Of a DNA stretch of 32,000 bases, positions 17,161 to 26,534 are shown one piece after another; within the stretch, counting starts at the first letter, position 1, and each line of letters opens with the position of its first letter. This DNA comes from Halomicronema hongdechloris C2206 (lineage in GTDB: Bacteria > Cyanobacteriota > Cyanobacteriia > Phormidesmidales > Phormidesmidaceae). Made by a program: the position numbers and the translations under genes. The notes under the pieces were generated by a model, which worked only from the letters and a program-made list of their open reading frames with translations, ran no database searches and was not told the DNA's origin. Where the stretch lies: the NCBI RefSeq assembly GCF_002075285.3, contig NZ_CP021983.2:4680001-4712000 (forward strand), in the 5' to 3' direction.

Positions 17161-17736
17161 ATGCCCTTTCGGGAATTACTGGAGGTGGTGGGGGTATTGC
17201 CCCTACGGGCCATTGCCTTTCAGTGCGTCTGTTTGCTAGTTGCGATCGCACTAGAGGGGGCCGTGTTGCGACAACACCTGCGCCTGGGCTACCAGACCAG
17301 CGTGCAATATGCAGCCACGGTCAACCTCTTCGCCACCAGCCTAGGCTGGCTCACCTTTCTGGGCCTAGAGCCCCTGGCTGCAGCCCCCCTACAGCGACAG
17401 ATCATCAGCTATGTCCTGTTTGATCAGTTCTATGCTAATTCCATGGCTAGCCAGCTGATCTGGATGCTCCTGGCGGTGGGCATCCTCTGCTTCTTTGCCA
17501 CCTTCTTCGTCAAGCTGCAGGCCCTAGAGTGGCTGATGCGGATGTTGGGACGGCTACAGCCCGCAGATCGGCAAAGTCAGCAATTGTCGCGGCGAGAACT
17601 CTACCAGCGAGCCCGGCAGGGACGGCGCCACTTCCTCACCCCCAGTTCCAGGCGCACCCTGGCCGTCTTGCAGGGCAATGCCCTCAGCTTCGTCGCCATT
17701 CTCCTGCTCCTCTCCCTGCGACGATTCGTCCTATGA
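17161..17736 (+). CDS. fraC: Small polytopic membrane protein, FraC-like (filament integrity)
   Basis: 191-aa ORF with AGGAG 6 nt upstream and several hydrophobic helices. It is the first gene of a 191/335/259-aa membrane trio matching the size, order and topology I recall for Anabaena fraC-fraD-fraE. The assignment rests on synteny and recollection, not on an alignment. Confidence 0.5.
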   Translation: MPFRELLEVVGVLPLRAIAFQCVCLLVAIALEGAVLRQHLRLGYQTSVQYAATVNLFATSLGWLTFLGLEPLAAAPLQRQIISYVLFDQFYANSMASQLIWMLLAVGILCFFATFFVKLQALEWLMRMLGRLQPADRQSQQLSRRELYQRARQGRRHFLTPSSRRTLAVLQGNALSFVAILLLLSLRRFVL

Positions 17737-18740
17737 TCGCCCTGATCCGACAACTCATCGATCGCCTGCAGGCTTTCTTTCTGCCCCAGCAGTACTACGC
17801 CTGGCAGACCATCATTTACCTGTGTCTGTTTTCCTGGGTGATGTCCTGGGTGGCGGTGGCGGCTGGGGCCAGTGGATTTACCCGGTTTTTACTAACAGCC
17901 TTTAGTTGGGTCTTTCTGGCCATCGGTATCGGCTGGGCCTTAGAAGCCAACCGCATTCGCCCCTTTGGGTTGGTCATTGCCCCTTGGGTAGTGGGTGCCA
18001 TCCTCTGCCTATTTATCTTCGGCTCCTGGCCCGGCAACCAGTGGTCCCTGGCCCTAGTCAGCTGGCCGTTGATTTCGGTGGTGGTGGTGATCATCCCCAA
18101 ATTTATCGGCTGGGACTTCACGCTGCAGGTGCCCCCCCCGGGCGAACGTCAACGGCTGATCTTGCTGGGCCTGCTGGGGCTGCTGTTGAGCAGTTGGTTC
18201 CAGTTTTACTTTCGCCTGCAAAACTGGTTTGATGACTATCCCAGCCTCTTGGCGGAAGACTTGCACCACAGCGGGTTTGTCTATCGCTTCCCCGGTCAAG
18301 AGGTGCCCCTCTCCCGGGGGGTTTCGTTGCTAACGGCCGCCGAAGCCAGCCTCAAGCAAGAACTGAGCGATACACCCTGGCCCTGGGTGGAACGGTGGCT
18401 ACTGAACCTGGACGAACAGCTCAACCAGCTGGATACCGCCGCCCGCCAACGCATCATGCTGCCAGAAAAAGAGGCGCCCCTGTGGCACTTAGTGGCCCCG
18501 GCTCCGGAGCGTAAGGATGAAGGCTATACCCTAATGCTGATGGCGGTTTGGCAGGGGCCGGCGGCAGAATCCCAGGGCTACTATCTGCAGAAGACCTGTC
18601 AGATTCTGCCGAAAGCCACGATCACCTCCCCCGACCAAGAGCCTGAGCCCGATCCAGCTGCCGATGACACGATCCCGCTGGTGGCTCAGGTGGAGTGTGA
18701 GCTGGGGACACCCCGCTCGCCGGGGTTCCCCTCTGTGTGA
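17733..18740 (+). CDS. fraD: Membrane protein with N-terminal TM bundle and soluble C-terminal domain, FraD-like
   Basis: The start is placed at the ATG of an ATGA overlap with the upstream stop (17733-17736), giving MIALIRQLIDRLQ.... The track's 17529 extension is Arg/Pro-rich and overlaps the previous gene. The product is 335 aa, with N-terminal TM helices and a C-terminal hydrophilic region. Confidence 0.5.
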   Translation: MIALIRQLIDRLQAFFLPQQYYAWQTIIYLCLFSWVMSWVAVAAGASGFTRFLLTAFSWVFLAIGIGWALEANRIRPFGLVIAPWVVGAILCLFIFGSWPGNQWSLALVSWPLISVVVVIIPKFIGWDFTLQVPPPGERQRLILLGLLGLLLSSWFQFYFRLQNWFDDYPSLLAEDLHHSGFVYRFPGQEVPLSRGVSLLTAAEASLKQELSDTPWPWVERWLLNLDEQLNQLDTAARQRIMLPEKEAPLWHLVAPAPERKDEGYTLMLMAVWQGPAAESQGYYLQKTCQILPKATITSPDQEPEPDPAADDTIPLVAQVECELGTPRSPGFPSV

Positions 18741-18793
18741 GAGGATGCTGAATCGGTATCAGTTGCCGGGAATGACCCGATGGAGATGACACG

Positions 18794-19573
18794 ATGAGTC
18801 TGGCACGAGTTGGGGTGATTGCCCGCAATGTGTTCCTGGAGGTGATTCGCGATCGCATCCTCTATCTGGTGGCCCTATTTGCCCTGCTGCTGGTGGCGGC
18901 CACCTTGCTGCTGCCGGAAGTCTCGGCCGGGGCCCAGGACAAGATCACCCTAGACCTGGGGCTGGCAGCCATTCACCTACTGAGTGTGGTCGTGGCTGTC
19001 TTCGTTGGCACCGGGTTGGTGAACAAGGAAATCGAGAAAAAGACGGTGCTGGTGCTGATCGCCAAGCCCGTCAGCCGCCTAGAGTTCGTGATTGGCAAAC
19101 ACCTGGGCCTCGTCGGGGTGCTGGCGGTGCTGATCGGCTTACTCACGGTCATCTTCCTGGCCGTGCTCAGCCTCAACCGCATCGACTATCCCCTGGGCAG
19201 CCTGTTGATATCCGTAGCGTTTATGGCCTTAGAAGGCATGCTGCTGACGGCGGTGGCCATTCTATTTGGGGTGTTTACCAGCTCCCTGCTGGCCACCCTC
19301 TTGACCTTCGCTATCTATCTCATGGGCCACCTGAGCCAAGATATCGTCGCCCTGGGGCAACTGAGCGAAAACCCCAGCCTGCAGCGGCTGACCGATGGCC
19401 TTTACCTGGTGCTGCCGGACTTGGAACGGCTGAATCTGCGTAACGAAGCCATCTACGGCATGGAGCTGCTACCGCCGCTGCCAGAGCTGCTGGGCCATCT
19501 GCTCTACGCCCTGGTCTATACCCTGCTGCTGCTGGCCATCGCCATCGCCATCTTCTCTCGGCGCCAGTTTTAG
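18794..19573 (+). CDS. fraE: ABC-2 type permease-like membrane protein, FraE-like
   Basis: 259-aa polytopic protein. Its N-terminus (ARNVFLEVIRDRILYLVALFALLL) is typical of ABC-2/NosY-like permeases. GGAG lies upstream. No cognate ATPase gene is adjacent, as described for fraE. Confidence 0.55.
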   Translation: MSLARVGVIARNVFLEVIRDRILYLVALFALLLVAATLLLPEVSAGAQDKITLDLGLAAIHLLSVVVAVFVGTGLVNKEIEKKTVLVLIAKPVSRLEFVIGKHLGLVGVLAVLIGLLTVIFLAVLSLNRIDYPLGSLLISVAFMALEGMLLTAVAILFGVFTSSLLATLLTFAIYLMGHLSQDIVALGQLSENPSLQRLTDGLYLVLPDLERLNLRNEAIYGMELLPPLPELLGHLLYALVYTLLLLAIAIAIFSRRQF

Positions 19574-22500
19574 GCCGGGGGATAGGCCCGAGCCTGGGAA
19601 GGGACGGCCTTAGCGCCAGCATCCCGGCCCACCATCAACAGATACACCGAGGGCACCAACAGCAAGGCCAGCAGAGTAGCTCCGCCAATGCCCCCGGCAA
19701 TGGCCACGGCTAGCGGTGGCCAGAATTTACCGCCTCCCAGCAATAGGGGCACGAAGCCAATCATGGTGGTGAAGGTGGTGGTAAGAACGTGGCGGGTTTC
19801 CCGCAGGACGACCCGTTGCACTGCCTGGCGACGGCCCTGGCTGGCTTCGGGATCCTGCTTTAGGGCCGTCAGTACCACGATGGAATCGTTGATGGCCACC
19901 CCGATCAGGCCCACGGTGCCAATAATCGGGTTGAAGCCGAAGGGGTAACCAAATAGCCAGACTGCCAGGGGACCCAGCCCAAAGGATGCGATCGCAACCA
20001 TGCCCATGATGGCGGCCAGGCGAAAGGACTGTAGAGACAGCACCAGGGTCGCCACCAAAATCACCGCCAACACCGCCACCGGCGCCAGCAGCCGATTGAT
20101 GGCGCTGGAGCGCTCCTCCGCCTCGCCGCCATATTCGTAGCGATAGCCGGGGGGCAGCTCCAATTCGATGGCATCCAGACGCTGCTGAAATGCCTCTAGC
20201 ACCTGTGACCACAATACATCAGCCGCCACAAACCCCTGCACCGTATTCACCCGTTGGCCGTTGTAGCGGGTAATGGTGGAGAGGGTCGGGGTCAGGTCCA
20301 CGTTCCCCAGGGCGTTTAGGGGAGTGGCAGCCACCGAGCCGTTGGCAGACTGGGGTTCTGCCAGGCCGGGAGCGGTCGCCTGCAGGTCTAGGGCCGTAAT
20401 TTGGCCGAGATCACCGCGATCGGCGTTGGAGAAGCGCACCCGTACTGGCAATTCTTCGGTAGATTCCAGCACCGAGCCACCGATGGCTCCCTCCAGGCTG
20501 GCATTGAGTTGGCGGGCAATGGCCGTGAGGCTGAGCCCAGCTAAGCGGGCTTCGGCTTCGTCGAGCTCCAGGGCCAGCTGGGGAACCACCTCCCCCAGAT
20601 CGGTGCGGACGTGGGTGATGCCGGGGATCTGGACTAGCTGCGATCGCACCTGGTGCCCCAGAGTCTGCAGCCGTTGAATGTCGGTGCCGAAAATGCGCAG
20701 TTCAATCGGGGCCGGTACCGGCGGCCCATTGGCCAACTGCTCCACCAACACCTGGGCCTCTGGCAGGGCCGCATCCATCTCCGATTGCAACGCCTTGGTA
20801 ATGGTTGGGGTGGCCAGGGTGTTGAGTTGCACCAGGGCCTCAGCATAGAAGGCCTGATTCCGCCGCTGGGACGTGAGATTGTAGTAGAAGCGGGGGGCAC
20901 TGCGGCCCACAAACCAGTGCACAGTCTCCACCTCCGGATAGGTCATCAGCCGTTGCCGCGCCCGCTGGGCTTGGCGGCTGGTCTCAGCCAGCGCCGTAGA
21001 GGCCGGCATCTCCAACTGGATGTGCAGCTGATCGCGATCAGACGGGGGAAAGAACTGCTGATCCAGGCTGGGGATGACCATAAACCCCGCCATCGGCAAC
21101 AGCAAGGCCAACACAATACCCAGTGCCGGTTGCGCTGTGGTTCGCCGCAACAGCCAGCGATAGGCGTTGCCTAGCTTGGGATTAGAAACCCCAGTCTGCC
21201 ACCAGGCTGAGGCGGGGGGCGCCGCTCGCCACCGGACTACTTGCCGATGCAGCAACACCGTCAGGGCCGGCACCACCGTAAAGGCCAACACCAGGGACGA
21301 CGTCACCGCTAGAATCACGTTGGTGCCAATGGCACCGATGAACTCCCCCGACGGCCCCGGCAGCATGGCAATGGGGAGAAAAGCCACCACCGTGGTGATG
21401 GTAGAACTCAGCAGCGGCACCGCCAAGCGGCGAGTGCTGTGCTCGATGGCCAGCTGCGGCCTCAGGCCCTGGTGGAGGTGGTGTTTGATCTCATCCACCA
21501 TGACGATGGCGGTGTCGATCAGGATGCCCAGGGCCACGATCAGGCCGGTGATGGAAATCTGGTTGAGGGAAATGCCAATTAGGTTCATCCAACCGAACAC
21601 CATCAGCATGGCTAGGGGCAAGGCGGCCCCGACGATGATGGCCGACTGCCAACCCATCAGCGCCAGGGTCACCCCAAAGACCAGCAGGGCGCCCAACACT
21701 AAGTTAATAATCAGCTGTCGCAGCCGCGCATCCACATAGTCGCTCTGCTCCAGTAGGGTATGCAGCTCGATTTCGGCAGGCAAGCCGGTGCGAAACTTGG
21801 CCAGCATCTGTTGGGCCTGGCGATTCCAATAATCGATGCGGCGTTGGGGCTCGATGAAGGTGCCCAATACGACGGCGGGGTCCCCGTCGACGATGGCCAC
21901 ATCGGTGGGAGGCTGCTGGATGCCCTTGCCTATGCGGGCAATATCGCCTAGGAAGGTGAACTGCCCCTGCTGGCCAAACCGCACCGGAATCTGCCGAATC
22001 CGGTCTAGGGAATCCAGTTCTCCCTGCACGTCGATGGCCAGCTCATTGTCAGGGCCACGCCACTGACCGGCCGTAGTCTCCACGTCACTGAGGCGAATCT
22101 GTTGGGATAACTCCTGAGCCGTGATTCCCAGGGCCGCCAACTGGGCCGCATCGATTTCCACGGCAATTTCTTCGTCAGGATCGCCAAAGATGTTGACTTC
22201 CTCTGTCCCTGCCAAAGCCCGCAGTTGCTCCTGTAGGACCTCGGCCTGGCGGCGCAGAATGGCGTAGTTGGGCTCACCCTCAGCGCCCCAGGTCAAGGCC
22301 ACGATCAAGGCATAGGCCTTGACCTTGATGTCTTCTAGTTCTGGTTCTGTGGCCCCCGGGGGCAGCAGCGGCGTCACGTCGCTAATGGCATCCCGGATCT
22401 GGGACCAGATGCCGCTGGTCTCTGAGCCCTGGACCGAGTCCATCAGGTCTATGGAAATGATGGAACTGCCGGCCCGGGAGGTGGATTCATAGGTCTCGAT

Positions 22501-22722
22501 CTCTTCGATCTCGGGCAGTTCCTGCTCGATTTTGTCGGTAATCAGCGCCTCCACCCGTTCGGCACTGGCCCCGGGAAAGAAGGTCTGAATCACGGCGTTG
22601 CGAGACACCAGGGGTGGATCCTCCAACCGCGGTAAGGATTGGAAGGAGAAACTGCCCCAGACAATGATCAACACAATCGTCAGCAACAGCAGTCGCAGAC
22701 TGCGGTAGAACAAGCTAATCAT
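19570..22722 (-). CDS. RND efflux transporter, inner-membrane pump (AcrB/AcrD/AcrF family)
   Basis: 1050-aa ORF with the 12-TM/two-large-loop RND layout. The N-terminus MISLFYRSLRLLLLTIVLIIVWG and the internal repeat structure are typical of the family. Confidence 0.9.
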   Translation of the reverse strand: MISLFYRSLRLLLLTIVLIIVWGSFSFQSLPRLEDPPLVSRNAVIQTFFPGASAERVEALITDKIEQELPEIEEIETYESTSRAGSSIISIDLMDSVQGSETSGIWSQIRDAISDVTPLLPPGATEPELEDIKVKAYALIVALTWGAEGEPNYAILRRQAEVLQEQLRALAGTEEVNIFGDPDEEIAVEIDAAQLAALGITAQELSQQIRLSDVETTAGQWRGPDNELAIDVQGELDSLDRIRQIPVRFGQQGQFTFLGDIARIGKGIQQPPTDVAIVDGDPAVVLGTFIEPQRRIDYWNRQAQQMLAKFRTGLPAEIELHTLLEQSDYVDARLRQLIINLVLGALLVFGVTLALMGWQSAIIVGAALPLAMLMVFGWMNLIGISLNQISITGLIVALGILIDTAIVMVDEIKHHLHQGLRPQLAIEHSTRRLAVPLLSSTITTVVAFLPIAMLPGPSGEFIGAIGTNVILAVTSSLVLAFTVVPALTVLLHRQVVRWRAAPPASAWWQTGVSNPKLGNAYRWLLRRTTAQPALGIVLALLLPMAGFMVIPSLDQQFFPPSDRDQLHIQLEMPASTALAETSRQAQRARQRLMTYPEVETVHWFVGRSAPRFYYNLTSQRRNQAFYAEALVQLNTLATPTITKALQSEMDAALPEAQVLVEQLANGPPVPAPIELRIFGTDIQRLQTLGHQVRSQLVQIPGITHVRTDLGEVVPQLALELDEAEARLAGLSLTAIARQLNASLEGAIGGSVLESTEELPVRVRFSNADRGDLGQITALDLQATAPGLAEPQSANGSVAATPLNALGNVDLTPTLSTITRYNGQRVNTVQGFVAADVLWSQVLEAFQQRLDAIELELPPGYRYEYGGEAEERSSAINRLLAPVAVLAVILVATLVLSLQSFRLAAIMGMVAIASFGLGPLAVWLFGYPFGFNPIIGTVGLIGVAINDSIVVLTALKQDPEASQGRRQAVQRVVLRETRHVLTTTFTTMIGFVPLLLGGGKFWPPLAVAIAGGIGGATLLALLLVPSVYLLMVGRDAGAKAVPSQARAYPPA

Positions 22723-22724
22723 GG

Positions 22725-24110
22725 CTATTTCGGCCTCACAAACTGCCCCGGTGTGACTCGCTGGAGGCCACTGACAACGATGCGATCGCGAGGCTCTAGG
22801 GTGCCCCGCACCAGGGCTCGGTCTCCCTCGGTGTAGAGCACTTCCAGGGCGTGTTGTTCGATGCGATAGACCTGATCGGGATCCACAGTCGGCTCTAGTC
22901 CAGCCGGGGGATCTGCCACCGCGGCTAGCACGTAGGCACTCCAGAGTCCCTTGTCACCGCTAGAGAGGGCCGTCGTCGGCAGCCAGAATCCTTCCCGAGC
23001 GACGGACTGAGTCACTGACCAGCGCACGACTTGATCGGGCTCAACGGCGCCAGCTGCCGCTGACTCCAAGGCCAGAATCACCGTTTGGGTGCGGGTGGCG
23101 GCATCCACCTCTGGCAGAATCGAGATAATGCGAGCACTGTAGGGTTGGCCATTGACCTGCACCTGCTGCTGACTCCCCGGCTGCAGATCGGCGGCCACGG
23201 TTGCCGGCACGCCGATAGCCACCTCTGGGACAGCCGCCTCCACCAGGCGTACCACAGGCTCTCCCGCCCCAACCACCACTCCGGCATCGACCAGGCGCCG
23301 TGAGATACGTCCACTGAAGGGGGCCCTGAGGGTACTCTCTGCCAAGGTAATCTCCAGGTCCTGGGCCCTAGCCTGCAACTGCCGCACCCGGGCGCGTTGG
23401 GCCTGCAGCTGTTCAACCCGAGTGCCATTTTCTAATTCGTTCAGGGTGCTTTGGGCCTCACTGAGACGGGCCTCGAGGGCATCGACGCGGGTGGTGACCT
23501 CATCAAGCTGCTCCCGGGCAATGGCCCCGGCTGCGTAGAGGGATTGCCGCCGTTCCTGTTGTAGACGGGCCAGCTGCAATTCTTCTCGAATGTTTTGCAC
23601 GGCTGCTGCCGCGGCAGCGATACGCTCGGGCCGAGGACCGTTCTCCAATTCCCTCAGCTGAGCCATGGCTCGCTGTTGCTGGGCCTCTACCTCAGCTCGC
23701 TGCGCTTGCAGGTTATTGGTCTCTAGCCGTGCGATCGCATCCCCGGCCTCGACATCATCGCCCTCATCCACCAGCAGGGCAATCACCTCGCCGCCCCGTT
23801 CAAAGCCCAGTTCACTGGCCTGCAGCGCCCGCACACTGCCGGTGTAAGTACGCGTCGTCTGGTAGCGATTCACCGGTTCCACCCGCTGAGTCTCCACCGG
23901 CAACACCGCAATCGCCGCCGTATCCTGCTGCCGCAGGCTCTTGATCCAGGCGATCAAGCCGATGAGGCCGGCCAGGGCCAGGATCAATAGCAGCAGCCAC
24001 AGCCAGTGATGCCGTAGTCGAGCCTGGCCAGCCGCCGCCTGAGACTCAGCCCCATCGTTATCCTGAGGAGGCTCAAATAGCTGCAGTTGCCGGGCAGGCT
24101 CAGAAGTCAT
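22725..24110 (-). CDS. RND efflux periplasmic adaptor (membrane fusion protein, HlyD family)
   Basis: 461-aa ORF. It has an N-terminal TM anchor (WLWLLLLILALAGLIGLIAWI), a long Ala/Gln/Arg-rich coiled-coil hairpin and lipoyl/beta-barrel-type flanks. It ends 2 nt before the pump's start codon. Confidence 0.85.
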   Translation of the reverse strand: MTSEPARQLQLFEPPQDNDGAESQAAAGQARLRHHWLWLLLLILALAGLIGLIAWIKSLRQQDTAAIAVLPVETQRVEPVNRYQTTRTYTGSVRALQASELGFERGGEVIALLVDEGDDVEAGDAIARLETNNLQAQRAEVEAQQQRAMAQLRELENGPRPERIAAAAAAVQNIREELQLARLQQERRQSLYAAGAIAREQLDEVTTRVDALEARLSEAQSTLNELENGTRVEQLQAQRARVRQLQARAQDLEITLAESTLRAPFSGRISRRLVDAGVVVGAGEPVVRLVEAAVPEVAIGVPATVAADLQPGSQQQVQVNGQPYSARIISILPEVDAATRTQTVILALESAAAGAVEPDQVVRWSVTQSVAREGFWLPTTALSSGDKGLWSAYVLAAVADPPAGLEPTVDPDQVYRIEQHALEVLYTEGDRALVRGTLEPRDRIVVSGLQRVTPGQFVRPK

Positions 24111-24448
24111 GGCATGTTAAATCTTTTTTGAGAGTCTTGACTCACGCTATCCCTCCCGCCCAACCGTTAACCTCTACTCAAAGTAAGAAGAAACGTTTCC
24201 GTTTTCGCTGCCGTGGGTCCCTCCCCTGCCACCCATTGCTTTTCCCGTCACAGACCCATCCGTCCTTCCTTTCCCGTGGGTCTTTCCCTGGCCATTCATA
24301 ACGTCTCTCGCTTAAGGAGATCTCTTGAAAGAAAATTACCCATTTTATGGGCTGTTACCCAAGGGCGCAGGCCCTGCGCCCCTCCTCAAGGTATTTTCTT
24401 TCCCAGAATTCTCCTAAGTAAAACGACCCACGCTACCTGTTGTCCTTG

Positions 24449-24504
24449 CCCCTTCCCTCTTCCCTCTTTACTCTTCCCTCCTCCCTCCTCCGTCCTCCTC
24501 CCTC
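24449..24504 (+). repeat. Polypyrimidine (CT-rich) tract
   Basis: 56 nt on the plus strand with only 2 purines (CCCCTTCCCTCTTCCCTCTTTACTCTTCCCTCCTCCCTCCTCCGTCCTCCTCCCTC). It ends about 50 nt upstream of the larE ATG. Confidence 0.9.
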
Positions 24505-24552
24505 ACCATTCACTACAATCGAGACAACAGACACAACGCCGTTAGGAGAGCC

Positions 24553-25374
24553 ATGGTGGCAGAGAAACTCAACACCCTCAGGGCGCTATTTGCCGAGATG
24601 GAGCAGGCCTTGATTGCCTATTCCGGCGGCATCGACAGTACCCTAGTGGCCAAGGTGGCCCACGATGTCCTGGGAGAGGGGGCCTTGGCGGTGACGGCAG
24701 AGTCTCCCTCCCTGATGCCGGAAGACCTGGAAGAGGCCCGACAGCAGGCCGCCGTCATCGGTCTGCGCCACCACATCGTCAAGACCCACGAACTGGACGA
24801 TCCCAACTACGCCAATAACCCCGTCAACCGCTGCTATTTCTGCAAGAGCGAGCTGCATGACACCCTCAAGCCCCTGGCCCGGGAATGGGGCTATCCCTAC
24901 GTAGTGGATGGAGTCAATGCCGATGACCTCAGCGACTATCGGCCCGGGATTCAGGCGGCTAAGGAGCGGGGAGTGCGCTCGCCCTTAGCAGAGGTGGGCA
25001 TCACCAAGCTGGAGGTGCGTCAGCTCACCCAAGCGCTGGGCCTGCCCTGGTGGGATAAGCCCTCCCAACCCTGCCTCAGTTCCCGCTTTCCCTATGGCGA
25101 AGCGATTACTGTCGAGAAGCTGCAGCGGGTCGGCCGGGGCGAGCGCTATCTGCGCCAGCTGGGTTGGCAGGCGTTGCGGGTGCGCTCCCATGGCGATACG
25201 GCCCGCATCGAGTTGCCGCCGGATCAGATTCAGGCCTTCGTGGCCCAGACCGACCTGCCAGCCCTGGTGGCGGCGTTTCAGGACTATGGTTTCACCTATG
25301 TCACTCTGGATCTAGAGGGCTACCGCAGCGGTAAGCTAAATCAGGGGCTCTCCCTGGCAGCGGCTCAATCCTAA
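24553..25374 (+). CDS. larE: PP-loop ATP-pyrophosphatase, LarE-type sulfur transferase (TIGR00268-like)
   Basis: 273-aa ORF. It carries the PP-loop SGGIDS, CYFCK, and PCLSSRFPYG in the position of the LarE catalytic Cys. AGGAGA lies upstream of the ATG. Confidence 0.75.
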   Translation: MVAEKLNTLRALFAEMEQALIAYSGGIDSTLVAKVAHDVLGEGALAVTAESPSLMPEDLEEARQQAAVIGLRHHIVKTHELDDPNYANNPVNRCYFCKSELHDTLKPLAREWGYPYVVDGVNADDLSDYRPGIQAAKERGVRSPLAEVGITKLEVRQLTQALGLPWWDKPSQPCLSSRFPYGEAITVEKLQRVGRGERYLRQLGWQALRVRSHGDTARIELPPDQIQAFVAQTDLPALVAAFQDYGFTYVTLDLEGYRSGKLNQGLSLAAAQS

Positions 25375-25378
25375 CCCC

Positions 25379-26426
25379 ATGACCTATCTTCTCGCTGGTG
25401 ACATCGGCGGCACCAAAACCATCCTGCGATTGGTGCGTCAGGAACGGGATGATTCTTTGCAGACCTGCTACGAAGGGCGCTATCCCAGCACCGAGTTTCC
25501 TGACCTGGTGCCCATGGTGCGTCAGTTTCTGCAGGAAGCCGCCGACCACCTGGACACGACCCCAGTACCGAGTCGGGCCTGTTTTGCGATCGCAGGTCCC
25601 GTGGTCGACAATCAGTCTAACCTCACCAACCTGGCTTGGTCCCTCAGTGGTGAACGCCTCCAAGCTGACTTAGAGAGCTGCAGCGGGTGTGGAGCTGATC
25701 AACGACTTCGAGGCCATCGGCCATGGGGTGCTGGGTCTAGAAGCCGAGGATCTCTGCACCCTACAGCCAGGGGACCCAGATCCGTTGGCCCCCGTGGCCA
25801 TCATCGGCGCCGGCACTGGCCTGGGCCAGGGCTTCTTGATTCAAGATCACGACCAGTATCGCGTCTTTGCCTCGGAAGGCGGCCATGCCGACTTCGCCCC
25901 CCGCTCCGAACTGGAGTTTCAACTGCTGAAGTATCTGCTCGACAAGCATCAGATCACCCGCATCTCCGCCGAGCGGGTGGTCTCGGGCCAGGGCATCATC
26001 TCCATCTATCAGTTCCTGCGAGATCGCCAATTCGGCGAAGAATCCGCCCAGGTAGCCGAGACCATGACCGCCTGGGAGCGCCAGGTGGGGAGCTCCGAAA
26101 AGACAGTAGACCCAGCCGCCACCATCTCCATGGCGGCCCAGCAACAGAGCGACTACCTCAGCCAGAAAACCATGGACATCTTCGTCGGTGCCTATGGGGC
26201 CGAAGCCGGTAACCTGGCCCTGAAACTCCTGCCCTACGGCGGCCTGTATGTTGCCGGCGGCATCGCCGCTAAGAATCTAGAGCTGATACAGGCCGGTCCC
26301 TTCTTGCAGGCTTTCAGCCATAAGGGTCGGGTCAGCCATCTGCTGGAGAGTGTGCCGGTTCATGTGGTGCTGAATCCCCAAGTGGGCTTAGTCGGTGCTG
26401 CCCGGCGGGCAGCGCAGCTAGGATGA
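25379..26426 (+). pseudogene. glk: Glucokinase, split by a frameshift or a sequencing error
   Basis: The N-terminal frame from 25379 reads MTYLLAGDIGGTKTILRLV...NLTNLAWSLSGERLQADLE and then turns into Arg-rich junk. The rest of the enzyme (VELINDFEAIGHGVLGL...GAGTGLGQGF...EGGHADFAPR...) is read in the next frame from 25689 to 26426. The total span is 1048 nt (3n+1). The start lies 4 nt after the larE stop. Confidence 0.8.
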
Positions 26427-26534
26427 TGCATCAGAGTTGAGCAACTGAGAGCAGCATCTTGACACTCAACAGCAATGAGATGACTGCAAATATCCGCTTC
26501 AAGAATTTCTCGGGCAGCCCTAGTGAGCAGCCAG

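Noticed and set aside
17529-17732. N-terminal 68-aa extension of the fraD-like ORF given in the track.
   Set aside because: The extension overlaps the fraC-like gene out of frame and is Arg/Pro/Ala-rich. An ATGA stop/start overlap at 17733 gives a sensible hydrophobic N-terminus.
24213-24545. 110-aa plus-strand ORF upstream of larE.
   Set aside because: Its translation is Pro/Ser/Leu low-complexity sequence generated by the polypyrimidine tract, and it has no RBS. I treat the region as non-coding leader/spacer.
25673-25688. Programmed ribosomal frameshifting as an explanation for the split glk (and the qor-like gene at 15715..15733).
   Set aside because: There is no slippery heptamer or downstream stimulatory structure, and these enzymes are not known to use recoding. 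A one-base excess in the window (clearly a G run for the qor-like gene, only possibly GGG for glk) fits error or mutation better.
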